Of a DNA stretch of 53,638 bases, positions 20,711 to 29,571 are shown one piece after another. Positions within the stretch are counted from its first letter, which is position 1. The number at the start of each line of letters is the position of its first letter. Position numbers and translations under genes: made by a program. The DNA is taken from the NCBI GenBank assembly GCA_964360785.1, contig CAYHXX010000001.1:204549-258186 (forward strand). The letters are read 5' to 3'. This DNA comes from an uncultured Gammaproteobacteria bacterium. Its GTDB lineage: Bacteria; Patescibacteriota; Microgenomatia; Woykebacterales; RBG-16-39-9b. The notes beneath the pieces are model-generated. The model had not been told where the DNA came from and did no database searches. It saw nothing but the letters and a program-made list of their open reading frames with translations.

Positions 20711-21192
20711 AAAAGGAAATAGAACGTAGATTCTTGGTAGATCAAGCAAAACTACCAAAACTCTCACATGGAAAACTGCTGACTCAAGGCTACCTCTCAA
20801 AACTTCAAAATCCAGAGGATCCGCTCGTACGTGTCCGCTTGGAGGGAAGAAAATCCTACATCACCATCAAACTTTTTCAAACTGAGCTGACAAAACAAGA
20901 GTTCGAATACGAAATTCCTCTGAAGGAAGGTGAGAAACTTCTGGATGGGTGTTTGGCGATGGTCCAAAAGATTCGCTATAGTGTGAGTATTGCTTCACAT
21001 TTGTGGACGATTGATGTCTACGAAACTGAAAACTTCCCTTTGGTTATAGCCGAAATTGAGTTAAAAAATGAGGAAGAAATGTTTGAGCTACCGCTCTGGG
21101 TAACAAAAGAAGTATCTCACGACCCACGCTTCCATGCTTACAGTTTAGCTTTCAAACCCTTCTCAACCTGGAAAAGACAATTGACAAAATAA
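20707..21192 (+). CDS. CYTH-domain protein (triphosphate tunnel metalloenzyme)
   Basis: EIERRFL, QGYL, RVR, EFEYEIP, AEIEL, PLWVTKEVS. Confidence 0.92.
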   Translation: MKKEIERRFLVDQAKLPKLSHGKLLTQGYLSKLQNPEDPLVRVRLEGRKSYITIKLFQTELTKQEFEYEIPLKEGEKLLDGCLAMVQKIRYSVSIASHLWTIDVYETENFPLVIAEIELKNEEEMFELPLWVTKEVSHDPRFHAYSLAFKPFSTWKRQLTK

Positions 21193-21221
21193 GATCGTTG
21201 TCACTATAACTAATTAATACC

Positions 21222-24194
21222 ATGTCTGGTTTGTTATTTATTCTAGCTTTATTATCCCTCCCAATTTTTACTCTCTACGGTTTTATTAGTTTTCTTAAGT
21301 TATTTTTTGGAGGAAGTACTCCAAATCAGAATCAACTGCTATCAGAATTTATTGCCGATCTTGAATTGATCAGAGAAAAGAAAACTACAGTTGCCAATTT
21401 ATTGGCTAAATACAAATCGAGAGTGGTAGGTGCTCCAATACAACCGGCACCCCCAATCGAAGTACAACCACAAACCGCACAGTTAACCCCAGCTCCAGTT
21501 ATTTCCACACCAGCTGTTGCTGAAACCGATAAGACTTCAATTGGGGAGGATGTCGAGAATTGGTGGGAAAATTGGTACCAGGACAACAACATTAATTTGC
21601 TGCTCTATATTGGATCCTTCCTAATTGTTTCTTCGGCGGCGATATTTGTTGGTTTCAATTGGGAGAGTTTCACCGGTACTTTTAAAGCCTTTGTTCTCAG
21701 TGCAATAACTTTAACTTTCTTCTTGTCTGGATTTTTCTTCTTTTTTCAAACACCAAAACTCCGCAACGCTGGCTCTACCTTCCTAGCAATTGGATCGCTT
21801 CTAATTCCTTTCAACGGCCTTGCTTGGTACAACTTCGTCTTTCGTGATATTGATGTTAGTTTTGGAGCTGTTTGGCTCGTTACTTCGCTGGTGGCAGCTA
21901 CCACTTACTTTATCTTAGCTATACTGATAAAAAATCGTTTCTATACTTATATCGCTGGGTTGGGATCTCTTTCGTTGATTGAAGCTTTGGTAAATATCTC
22001 AGCACTGGATGCCAGATACTACATACTTGGGGGAATCTTCTCTGCCTTTACTCTACTAGCTGGTAGCAAACTGATTGCAACTACCAAAAAAGAAGAATTC
22101 GACAAACTCTACTCGGAACCACTAAACATCTCCTCTCAGGTCACAATGCCCATTTTTCTAGTCTGGGGTCTCTCTGTAGCCAGTACCCAAGATCAACTAT
22201 TTACCATTGAAGCTACACTTAGTACGTTCCTCGCCTGTCTCTTTTATCTAATAACTTTTACTTTGAAGAAAAACATGGTCTTTCTTGTACTAACAGAGTT
22301 GTTACTGGCGATGAGTTTAGTTCTAGGTTTGAAAACCTTTAACCATGACGGTCAGATTGTCTATTTTGCAATCTTCATACTGTGTTTTGTCTACCAACTT
22401 TTGGCTTTGCTGGGAAAGAAGATGCAGGAAGGCGGGGAAGGTTACTACACTATCTTTACAGCAATATTTATCAGTTTGTTGGCTCTTCCATTTGCATTTG
22501 TAGACCCGCTGATAAATTCCGAACAACAAGTGCTCTTCACAGTTACTGTCTCCTTTTTGGCCGCAGTTGCTGCTTTTGTTTCCCGCCAACCGACTTACCT
22601 TTACCTTTGTATTGGCGGTCTTGATCTAACGGCTTTTGTCTACGTAAATTCAGTCCTGGGAAAGACTGATTTGTACAACAATCTCGGTCTTGTCTATTTC
22701 GCTTTTGCCGCTTTACTAATTGTCCCTTCCTTACTGAAATCTTGGATCAACGATAACTGGAAACAGGTTCTCCTCTACGGCTCCTACTTCAATCTTCTGC
22801 TAACCCTAACTTTCAACCTCAACTCCCCAAGTAATTTATTACTCCTCGCCTTACTTGTTCTGGCAATTGGAACCGTTTCAAGATTTATAAACGGCAAATC
22901 AGAACCAGTCTTCTCACCTCTATCAGCTACTTCCTTAGCCGTTTTTAGCGTGTTTTTAGCATTTCTATTACCCGAGCACACAGCCAAGGAGCAAATTTAC
23001 TTTTCCACCATTGCCGCTGGCGTTGCTTTCATTTCGACTTATCTCGAAAAAAGACCTGAGTATCTCTATGTTGCTTTTGCCGGATTAGACTTAGCAGCAT
23101 TTCTCCAAGTTTCTGATCTTCAGGTCGGTAGGAAAGCAAGTAATTACCTTTCTTTGACTTACCTTTCTCTCGGGGTTGCCCAGTATGCTGCTGGTGTTTT
23201 CACCTGGAAGAATCTGCAGAAGTGGACTGGTCATTTACTGGTCTTTACTGCAATTAATTTCCTGCTTGCTCTTGGCTTTGCCCTACCTTCAGAAGGCTAT
23301 TCGCTAGTTGTTTCGGCTACAATAGCTCTTGTGGCTTTTACAGGAGTTTATTTCTTGCAAAAGGAAGAAGCTGGCTATATCGGTGCAATATTTACTGTTG
23401 TTACAGTTTTTAATATCTTTAGGTTCGTTGACATCACAACTGACTTCTATCCGCTTTCTTTCGTTGTTCTTAGTTACGCTTTTTACTTCTCCTCATACAG
23501 CAGCTTGCCAAATCTATACAATAAAGTTCTGAAACATTCAGGTTTAATTCTTGGGGTCATCAATCCGATTGTATTTGGGATTTATTCCCAGAACAAGGGA
23601 TCCGACTACTATTACGATGGCTACCAGTACAGAGAAAGTGTTGTTTCAAATGGTTTAGAAATGTTCTCCTTGATCAGTGCCTATCTGACAACACTAATGC
23701 TATCTATCGAAGCCTACCGTTCAAAGTTGGTCCAGCTAGGATATCTCGCCTCAGTAGTAGGACTGGTCAGTGTACTCTGGCACTATAAATTTATTAACTT
23801 TGATGAGCTGCAGATTTACTCTATCACCACCGCAGTTTATCTTTTCATCATTGGCTACACCCGAGAAAGATTCGGAAAGAAAGAGGAAAGACAGACTTTT
23901 GATTATGCTGGTTTGGCAATTCTGCTCTTACCAGCACTCTGGCAAGCCCTACCTGATTCTGGTTTCTGGTACGCTCTGCTTCTTGGAATCGAGGGGCTCT
24001 TCCTTTTGATAGCTGGTTTGAGTCTCAACCACAAAACCTTTACTTACGCTGGAGTTGCTGCAATTGCAGTGGCAACATTAACCAGGGTTTACAGTTTTAT
24101 CGCTTCGCTTGGTAGTTGGGCTATTATCGGAAGTTTGGGTTTGATTTTTCTCGCTGTGGCAATATTTTTGTTGAATAAAAGGAAGCTTGACTAG
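21222..24194 (+). CDS. Large polytopic membrane protein (DUF2339-like), unknown function
   Basis: 990 aa, more than 20 TM segments; internal duplication (PTYLYLCIGGLDL / PEYLYVAFAGLDL). Confidence 0.8.
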   Translation: MSGLLFILALLSLPIFTLYGFISFLKLFFGGSTPNQNQLLSEFIADLELIREKKTTVANLLAKYKSRVVGAPIQPAPPIEVQPQTAQLTPAPVISTPAVAETDKTSIGEDVENWWENWYQDNNINLLLYIGSFLIVSSAAIFVGFNWESFTGTFKAFVLSAITLTFFLSGFFFFFQTPKLRNAGSTFLAIGSLLIPFNGLAWYNFVFRDIDVSFGAVWLVTSLVAATTYFILAILIKNRFYTYIAGLGSLSLIEALVNISALDARYYILGGIFSAFTLLAGSKLIATTKKEEFDKLYSEPLNISSQVTMPIFLVWGLSVASTQDQLFTIEATLSTFLACLFYLITFTLKKNMVFLVLTELLLAMSLVLGLKTFNHDGQIVYFAIFILCFVYQLLALLGKKMQEGGEGYYTIFTAIFISLLALPFAFVDPLINSEQQVLFTVTVSFLAAVAAFVSRQPTYLYLCIGGLDLTAFVYVNSVLGKTDLYNNLGLVYFAFAALLIVPSLLKSWINDNWKQVLLYGSYFNLLLTLTFNLNSPSNLLLLALLVLAIGTVSRFINGKSEPVFSPLSATSLAVFSVFLAFLLPEHTAKEQIYFSTIAAGVAFISTYLEKRPEYLYVAFAGLDLAAFLQVSDLQVGRKASNYLSLTYLSLGVAQYAAGVFTWKNLQKWTGHLLVFTAINFLLALGFALPSEGYSLVVSATIALVAFTGVYFLQKEEAGYIGAIFTVVTVFNIFRFVDITTDFYPLSFVVLSYAFYFSSYSSLPNLYNKVLKHSGLILGVINPIVFGIYSQNKGSDYYYDGYQYRESVVSNGLEMFSLISAYLTTLMLSIEAYRSKLVQLGYLASVVGLVSVLWHYKFINFDELQIYSITTAVYLFIIGYTRERFGKKEERQTFDYAGLAILLLPALWQALPDSGFWYALLLGIEGLFLLIAGLSLNHKTFTYAGVAAIAVATLTRVYSFIASLGSWAIIGSLGLIFLAVAIFLLNKRKLD

Positions 24195-24664
24195 TTTGAG
24201 AGCAGGTATTCTTGCCCAGTATCAAGTATTGCCCAAACTTCAAAATTCTTGAAGTCAATACTGACCCTGTAAGAATACTCAGTTTGGGTTTCCGGATCTT
24301 TAGGTATTGAGACGATGTATTGCGGCACAAGCTTGGAAAGCGATTGTGGGTAGATTTCGTTCTTTGAATAATATGCCCTGATCGCAGAGTTTAGCTGTTC
24401 AATATCCGCCTTACGCTTGGTATCAAAATCTGTTTTCACCACCACCTCAGTCCTCTTATTAGCATTTTGTAAACTCTCTACTTTATCTGCTCGTCCGATC
24501 AAGTTGGAAACACTGACAAAAACAATAAAGATTACTGCCCCAACAAAACTAATGATAACCATTAATATTAGTGTTTTCTTGGGATCATTGAGGATCTCAG
24601 ACAAGTGTTGTTTGGAAATTTCAGCTTTTTCAGCCACTAAATCAGTACTGGGGGCAGTGTCCAT
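24191..24664 (-). CDS. Membrane-anchored pilin/GspG-like protein
   Basis: DTKRKADIEQL...YPQSLSKLVPQYI..IPKDP..YSY pilin-head motif; no G/FTLIE prepilin site; start at ATG 24664 after TATAAT. Confidence 0.7.
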   Translation of the reverse strand: MDTAPSTDLVAEKAEISKQHLSEILNDPKKTLILMVIISFVGAVIFIVFVSVSNLIGRADKVESLQNANKRTEVVVKTDFDTKRKADIEQLNSAIRAYYSKNEIYPQSLSKLVPQYIVSIPKDPETQTEYSYRVSIDFKNFEVWAILDTGQEYLLSN

Positions 24665-24720
24665 TGGCTTAATTATACGTTGAGAAAAAGTTGAAGACAA
24701 TGAGGTCTACGGTGAGCTAC

Positions 24721-25167
24721 CTATCTCCTTTTGAAAGTGGAGAAAATAAGTTCACATTCTTTCCTGTTATAGTTCTCTCTTGCGTCTACTGTAAGCTGAA
24801 AAGTGTAATCTCCCTGCTTAATGCTAATATCCTCAAAAGCATATAAGCTGCTATTGTTTCTGCACGAATGGAATCGCTCCGCAGCAAGACCATTAATAAC
24901 AACTTTCTCACTCCACTTAACCCCCTCAGAATCCGTCGATAAAATTGTTTCGTTTGGTGGTCTAACCTGTATAGTACAAGAGTAGGATAAGCTCTTGCTT
25001 TTGGGGACCAATCTTACTCCGTCGTAGCCAAAGGTTTCGTCTTGCTCATAACCAGTTGGATACTTAACTTGGAACTTAAATTTTGGGTCAAGACTCCAAA
25101 ATAACACTCTAAAGAGCGATATTTTGTCGCAGACGCCAAATTGGCAGTTATTTTCTATTGTCCTCAA
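24721..25167 (-). CDS. Hypothetical PsbP-like protein, possibly 5'-truncated
   Basis: FKFQVKYPTGY...INGLAA...IFSTFK pattern; no signal peptide; start uncertain. Confidence 0.45.
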   Translation of the reverse strand: MRTIENNCQFGVCDKISLFRVLFWSLDPKFKFQVKYPTGYEQDETFGYDGVRLVPKSKSLSYSCTIQVRPPNETILSTDSEGVKWSEKVVINGLAAERFHSCRNNSSLYAFEDISIKQGDYTFQLTVDARENYNRKECELIFSTFKRR

Positions 25168-25570
25168 ATAATTTAGGAAATATCCAAGTTAGAGTTTTTG
25201 GATGGACTATTCCAATACCCCGGTAATTTTTAAGTTGCAGAAGATCTTGATCCATTGAAACAACTAATTTCGCGTCTCCCTCCAGGGCTACTTCAAGAAT
25301 CTTATTGTCATCAGGATCAGAAGAAACTACGTTTAGTCTTTTAGTTGGAGTTACAATCTCGGAAATTTCTCGTAATGTGCTGACATACAAAGATACTTCT
25401 GCGTTGCTCCAGGAAAATTTGGATGAAAGTTTTTCAGCTAATTCTGAGAGTATTTCTTTGGAGATAATTAAAGAAAGCTCGCCACTTGTAGCTAGCCTTA
25501 AAATTTGCTCTGAAAGAGTGCCTTTAAGCGCAGCGGCAATGAAAACATTGGTATCTAGTACAACTCGCAT
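25148..25570 (-). CDS. PIN-domain toxin (VapC-like)
   Basis: RVVLDTNV, DPDDNKILE, VSMDQDLL acidic motifs. Confidence 0.92.
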   Translation of the reverse strand: MRVVLDTNVFIAAALKGTLSEQILRLATSGELSLIISKEILSELAEKLSSKFSWSNAEVSLYVSTLREISEIVTPTKRLNVVSSDPDDNKILEVALEGDAKLVVSMDQDLLQLKNYRGIGIVHPKTLTWIFPKLFEDNRK

Positions 25571-25797
25571 TAACCAGCAATTCTTTCAATATCTTCGTAG
25601 GAATCGATACCCTGGGCTGTTGCGGTTCTGTTGCCGATATCTCTGATAACATCAAGGTTCTTATTGAGTCGATACACCCGCAAGGCCTCTCGCACAAGAG
25701 CACTTTTACTGGTTGACTGACTTTTAGCTAACTCTTCTATCTGAGTTTCTTCCTCAGGAGTTACGGAAATATTTAGTATTGAAGTGGAACGAGACAT
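25570..25797 (-). CDS. Ribbon-helix-helix (CopG-type) antitoxin
   Basis: LNISVTPEE..IEELAK....SKSALVREAL; translationally coupled to the PIN gene; true start ATG 25797. Confidence 0.85.
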   Translation of the reverse strand: MSRSTSILNISVTPEEETQIEELAKSQSTSKSALVREALRVYRLNKNLDVIRDIGNRTATAQGIDSYEDIERIAG

Positions 25798-25867
25798 GAC
25801 AATTATATTATTACGTAGTAATACCCTAAAGTCAAGTGGATAAGGCCACTTAATAGAAGTTTGTAAG

Positions 25868-25886
25868 TTGGTGAGCGACCTGGGAC
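25868..25886 (-). repeat. Exact 19-bp copy of the tRNA-Lys 3' end (att-like)
   Basis: ttggtgagcgacctgggac identical to 25985-26003. Confidence 0.9.
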
Positions 25887-25947
25887 AACTCACGCATTTC
25901 GTTTTGCGAAAAGCCGAACCCAAAAGGGTTAGGACCCATTGGTCGCT

Positions 25948-25985
25948 AAAAAGCAAAACCCAACTAATCGTTGGATCCTGCTTTT
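25948..25985 (-). terminator. Intrinsic terminator after tRNA-Lys
   Basis: AAAAGCAGGATCCAAC...GTTGGGTTTTGCTTTTT hairpin. Confidence 0.7.
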
Positions 25986-26061
25986 TGGTGAGCGACCTGG
26001 GACTCGAACCCAGAACAAACGGCTTAAAAGGCCGTTGCTCTACCAATTGAGCTAGTCGCCC
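25986..26061 (-). tRNA. tRNA-Lys (TTT)
   Basis: GGGCGAC acceptor, ACGGC-CT-TTT-AA-GCCGT, GGTTCGAGTCC, CCA. Confidence 0.96.
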
Positions 26062-26128
26062 ACTAATGTGGTTAAATAATGTTCACCCTCACAACGAAAA
26101 GAAGTTTAACACAAACTTGACTCTAGGT

Positions 26129-26476
26129 TCAACCAGTGACGTTTTTTATTTGCTCGATCCTACCTGTATTGGTCTCAATCGCAATCACATCGACTCTTTC
26201 CCCTTCAGGCAAGTTTTTCCGAACCGCTCGGTAATATGCTGCTGCCTTGAGCAAATGTTGCAGCTTGCGATAACCAACAGCTTCTTCTGGCAAGCCAAAC
26301 TGCTGACTACTTCTGGTTTTAACTTCAACATAAACGACTATATTTTGTTCCACTGCGATAATGTCTATCTCCCCAAAGGCAGAACGGAAATTGGTTTCGA
26401 GAATTTTGTAACCTTGTTTCCTAAGAAACTCTGCTGCTAGTTTTTCGCCAGAGAAACCTGTCTCAATTTTGGTCAT
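26129..26476 (-). CDS. yraN: YraN (UPF0102) family nuclease-like protein
   Basis: GEKLAAEFL..GY.IL..NF, GEIDIIA, VEVKTR. Confidence 0.93.
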   Translation of the reverse strand: MTKIETGFSGEKLAAEFLRKQGYKILETNFRSAFGEIDIIAVEQNIVVYVEVKTRSSQQFGLPEEAVGYRKLQHLLKAAAYYRAVRKNLPEGERVDVIAIETNTGRIEQIKNVTG

Positions 26477-27090
26477 TGGAGTATTTTCAGATTGTAGTTT
26501 GACCGATGGGCATCACTGAGGCCAATTTCCAGAATTGCTTCCTGGTGCTCTTTTGTTCCATAACCCTTATTGCGGTCAAATTTGTAGGGCTGATATTCTT
26601 GAGGAAATTTCCTCATCAGATCATCTCGAAAAACTTTGGCAACTATGGAAGCAGCAGCAATACTCGCACATAGATAATCTCCGTGAACTATCGCGGTTTG
26701 GTTTTGTCTTTCTAGAGAATTAATATAAAAAGCATCGATCAGATAGTGGTCCGGTTGACAATCTAACTTCCCAAGAGCCCGCATATAGGAGAGTTGCGTT
26801 GCTTGAGTAAGACCCAACTTCTCAATCTCCCCCACCTCTGTTTGGCCAATACCAAAGCAAAGTGCTTCTTTTTGAATAGTTTTGGCCAGTTCTTCTCGTT
26901 GAAGGAAGTTAAGTAACTTTGAATCAAAAAGTTTATATCTGCAATTATAGTTTTTCGGAAAGATTACCGCCGCAGCCACCAGAGGTCCTGCCCAGGCACC
27001 ACGACCAACTTCATCGATTCCAACAATATATTCTTTATTCTTATTCCAGAGAGATTTTTCGAAATCGAAGGTTGCAGGCACCTTCTTCAT
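26473..27090 (-). CDS. rnhB: Ribonuclease HII
   Basis: GIDEVGRG, DSK, IAAASIVAKV.RD, KGYGT. Confidence 0.96.
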   Translation of the reverse strand: MKKVPATFDFEKSLWNKNKEYIVGIDEVGRGAWAGPLVAAAVIFPKNYNCRYKLFDSKLLNFLQREELAKTIQKEALCFGIGQTEVGEIEKLGLTQATQLSYMRALGKLDCQPDHYLIDAFYINSLERQNQTAIVHGDYLCASIAAASIVAKVFRDDLMRKFPQEYQPYKFDRNKGYGTKEHQEAILEIGLSDAHRSNYNLKILQ

Positions 27091-27094
27091 GGGC

Positions 27095-27391
27095 TTAGAG
27101 CTGAATTGCGGCTTTACCCTTAAGAGCGCGCATGTGGAAAAGCTTGGCTTTTTTAACTTTGTTTGCTTTTTTTACAGTGATTTTTTGAATTGCAGGAGAA
27201 CCAATGGGCCAAATTCTCTCAACACCAATTGCTCCGGAACCAATTTTGCGAACGGTAAATGTCTGTGACGCCCCTGCCCCTCTTTTGGAAATGACAGTAC
27301 CTTCGAATGACTGGATTCGCTCTTTGTTACCTTCTTTTACTTTAACATCGACCCGGATCAGATCTCCGGTAGAAAATTCAGGAAATTCCAT
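27095..27391 (-). CDS. rplS: 50S ribosomal protein L19
   Basis: FSTGD..V..KVKEGNKERIQ.FEG, TFTVRK, GVERIWP. Confidence 0.97.
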   Translation of the reverse strand: MEFPEFSTGDLIRVDVKVKEGNKERIQSFEGTVISKRGAGASQTFTVRKIGSGAIGVERIWPIGSPAIQKITVKKANKVKKAKLFHMRALKGKAAIQL

Positions 27392-27437
27392 AACAGAGAT
27401 GCATTTTAAGCTAAACTGTGCTTACTGTCAACCAATA

Positions 27438-27689
27438 TTAGCGATACAAGGCAGCTAGTACTACAAAAAGCAAAACCCCAATACCAAAGTGCTCCAAGAT
27501 TTGTTTGATATGGAGGTTCTTCTCCTCGTGATGGTGCCAAATACCAACTACCACGTAAAAAAGCGTTACGAGGGCAATTAAACCCAATCTTTGTGAGTAA
27601 TCCGAAACAAAAGAGAGACCGACAATCGCTGCAATCAGTACCAAAGCAACCAATATAAATTCAAAACTGTGCCGAAGCATTTTATTCAC
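27438..27689 (-). CDS. Small 3-TM membrane protein
   Basis: Three hydrophobic segments, GIWHHH motif; coupled to the CAP gene. Confidence 0.7.
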   Translation of the reverse strand: MNKMLRHSFEFILVALVLIAAIVGLSFVSDYSQRLGLIALVTLFYVVVGIWHHHEEKNLHIKQILEHFGIGVLLFVVLAALYR

Positions 27690-28687
27690 TAAAGAATCCC
27701 CCCTGTGGCTGATCTTATCACCGCGATTATCAAAATTGCTAGCACAATTGCGTGCAGCAGAGAATGGCTGTTGTGACGAATAATTCCCTTGCGAAATACA
27801 ATTATCGAATCAAAAACAAATAGACCCAGGAGAAAAGTCAGAAGCAAGAGCGTTGTCTTCTGCCCGAGACCCAAACTCTTCCAGAACCCACTGATATTCC
27901 AGTTGAAAGGTGTGACCGCGCTTGCAATCTTTTCTTCAATCTTGGTGATATTTGCAGATGCTGTTGCCTCACTCTTGTTTTCCGAAGTTTTTTCTACTGG
28001 TTGGAACTTTTCCTCAACAGTTACTGGAACCCCCAAGCTTTTGCTTGTAGAACCACCAGTGGAACCTGAACTTTTAGTTGAATCGCCAAGAGCTTTGCCA
28101 AGATGTTCGACTACGAGTGTCGTCTGTTCCCCTTCCAAAGTACCATTCTTAATACCGATTCCGACATCAGAAAAATTTGGATTGAGCATATTGTCACGAT
28201 GCCCCGTCGAAGCCATCCAACCAGCTATCACTCCAGCCGAGGTTGAAAAATCCCGAGCCAAGTTCTCTCCGGCCCAAGCATATTTATAGCCAACCTGGTT
28301 AAAAAAGTACCAAGGCGACGTCCCATCCGGCGCAAAATGGGCCCAATAATCCTGAGCAAACATATGATCTGCCTTCAAGGCAGCGGCTTGATTTAGCGCT
28401 GTGTTTTCCTGCAATGGGGCAACACCACGGGCGGATCTTTCTTGATTGGTCAAACTGATTAGTGTTGCCCGATTGATGTCGGTACCATAACCAAGGACAT
28501 TGGCACTACTGATTCCGGAGAAAGAGAAGAACTGCACCAAAAGAATTATGAAGGTAAAAGCAAAGAGGGCTTCATGGCGAAGTAGATAAGGATGGTGATT
28601 GTTTCCCGAATGGGCAATAAGAAAATGCGCCAATTTCCGGGAAACCCTAGTTGACGCAATTTTCTCAAAGTAGGCAGGCATATACAT
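27689..28687 (-). CDS. CAP (SCP/YkwD) domain membrane protein
   Basis: LTNQER, YWAH, AGENLA, WMAS.GHRDNML; N- and C-terminal TM segments. Confidence 0.9.
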   Translation of the reverse strand: MYMPAYFEKIASTRVSRKLAHFLIAHSGNNHHPYLLRHEALFAFTFIILLVQFFSFSGISSANVLGYGTDINRATLISLTNQERSARGVAPLQENTALNQAAALKADHMFAQDYWAHFAPDGTSPWYFFNQVGYKYAWAGENLARDFSTSAGVIAGWMASTGHRDNMLNPNFSDVGIGIKNGTLEGEQTTLVVEHLGKALGDSTKSSGSTGGSTSKSLGVPVTVEEKFQPVEKTSENKSEATASANITKIEEKIASAVTPFNWNISGFWKSLGLGQKTTLLLLTFLLGLFVFDSIIVFRKGIIRHNSHSLLHAIVLAILIIAVIRSATGGIL

Positions 28688-28721
28688 TTATTTTACTAGA
28701 GATAGCTACCTTCCCGCAAAC

Positions 28722-29516
28722 TTACCCAATCAAATCCTCGAGTTTACGGCTACCTTTTTTCAAGACCGCGCCCGCACTGGTCACCAAAGCTGAACCAATC
28801 AGGATCAGTTGGTAATCAAAACCAGTCAATGGGAGAGTCTTTCCAACAGGCGCAGCCGCCGCTGGAATAGCTGCAACAGTTCCTGGAAGCGGTGGGAGTT
28901 CTTCTCCACCTGGAACATTAGCACCACAATTGCAGTTAACGACGTTTGAGTTACCTTTGTTGGTAAGTACGATTTGAATCAAAGCATCGCCAGTTGAAAT
29001 GTTGACATCGCCACCAGTGTTTCCGTTGGCTTCGTTGTCACCAGTGTTTGCTCCTACTTCAATCCGGTTATCAATGTTGAGTTCATTGACAGTTGAAATA
29101 TTTCTTTCGTTATTTAGGCTGAGATTGACGTCATTGTCAGAACCGGAACCATTTCCCGATACTTTTACGTTGACTCCTTGAGCCTCACAACAAGCACCGC
29201 TTTCGGTGTTGCTATTTGCTTGGGTGCTGAGTGCCACCTTGGTAGTTGCGTCTCCAGTCTTAATCGCGACAGCGCCACCGGTATTATCATTGGCTTCGTT
29301 GCTTCCCGTGTTTGCATTTGCATCAACAGTATTTCTGACAGCAGCGGTGTTTGTCTGCTGAATTTGAACTGTCCGGTTGATCTCGAGATTAACCGTGTTA
29401 CCCGAACCCTCACCATTACCCGAGACTTCCACTGTGGAAGCGAGTGTAATAGGAGCTATTGCTAATAAAGCAGTTGTGGCAGAGAGAGCAGCTGAGACGA
29501 TCTTGGTTTTGGTCAT
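28722..29516 (-). CDS. Secreted Asn/Gly-rich repeat protein (2 repeats) with LPxTG-like sorting signal
   Basis: Start MTKTKIV (AAGGAG RBS); signal peptide; 2x GNGxxSxN...NTG.N.AN.NTGG.V.I.TGDA; LPLTG + hydrophobic stretch + KKGSRK. Confidence 0.85.
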   Translation of the reverse strand: MTKTKIVSAALSATTALLAIAPITLASTVEVSGNGEGSGNTVNLEINRTVQIQQTNTAAVRNTVDANANTGSNEANDNTGGAVAIKTGDATTKVALSTQANSNTESGACCEAQGVNVKVSGNGSGSDNDVNLSLNNERNISTVNELNIDNRIEVGANTGDNEANGNTGGDVNISTGDALIQIVLTNKGNSNVVNCNCGANVPGGEELPPLPGTVAAIPAAAAPVGKTLPLTGFDYQLILIGSALVTSAGAVLKKGSRKLEDLIG

Positions 29517-29571
29517 TTTCCTCCTTATTATTAATTTAAGAGCTGCCTCTGAGAAGTAAGGTCTAAATACC

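Noticed and set aside
25798-26046. N-terminal extension of the 158-aa ORF 25570..26046
   Set aside because: It reads through tRNA-Lys and its echo; the RHH protein starts at 25797
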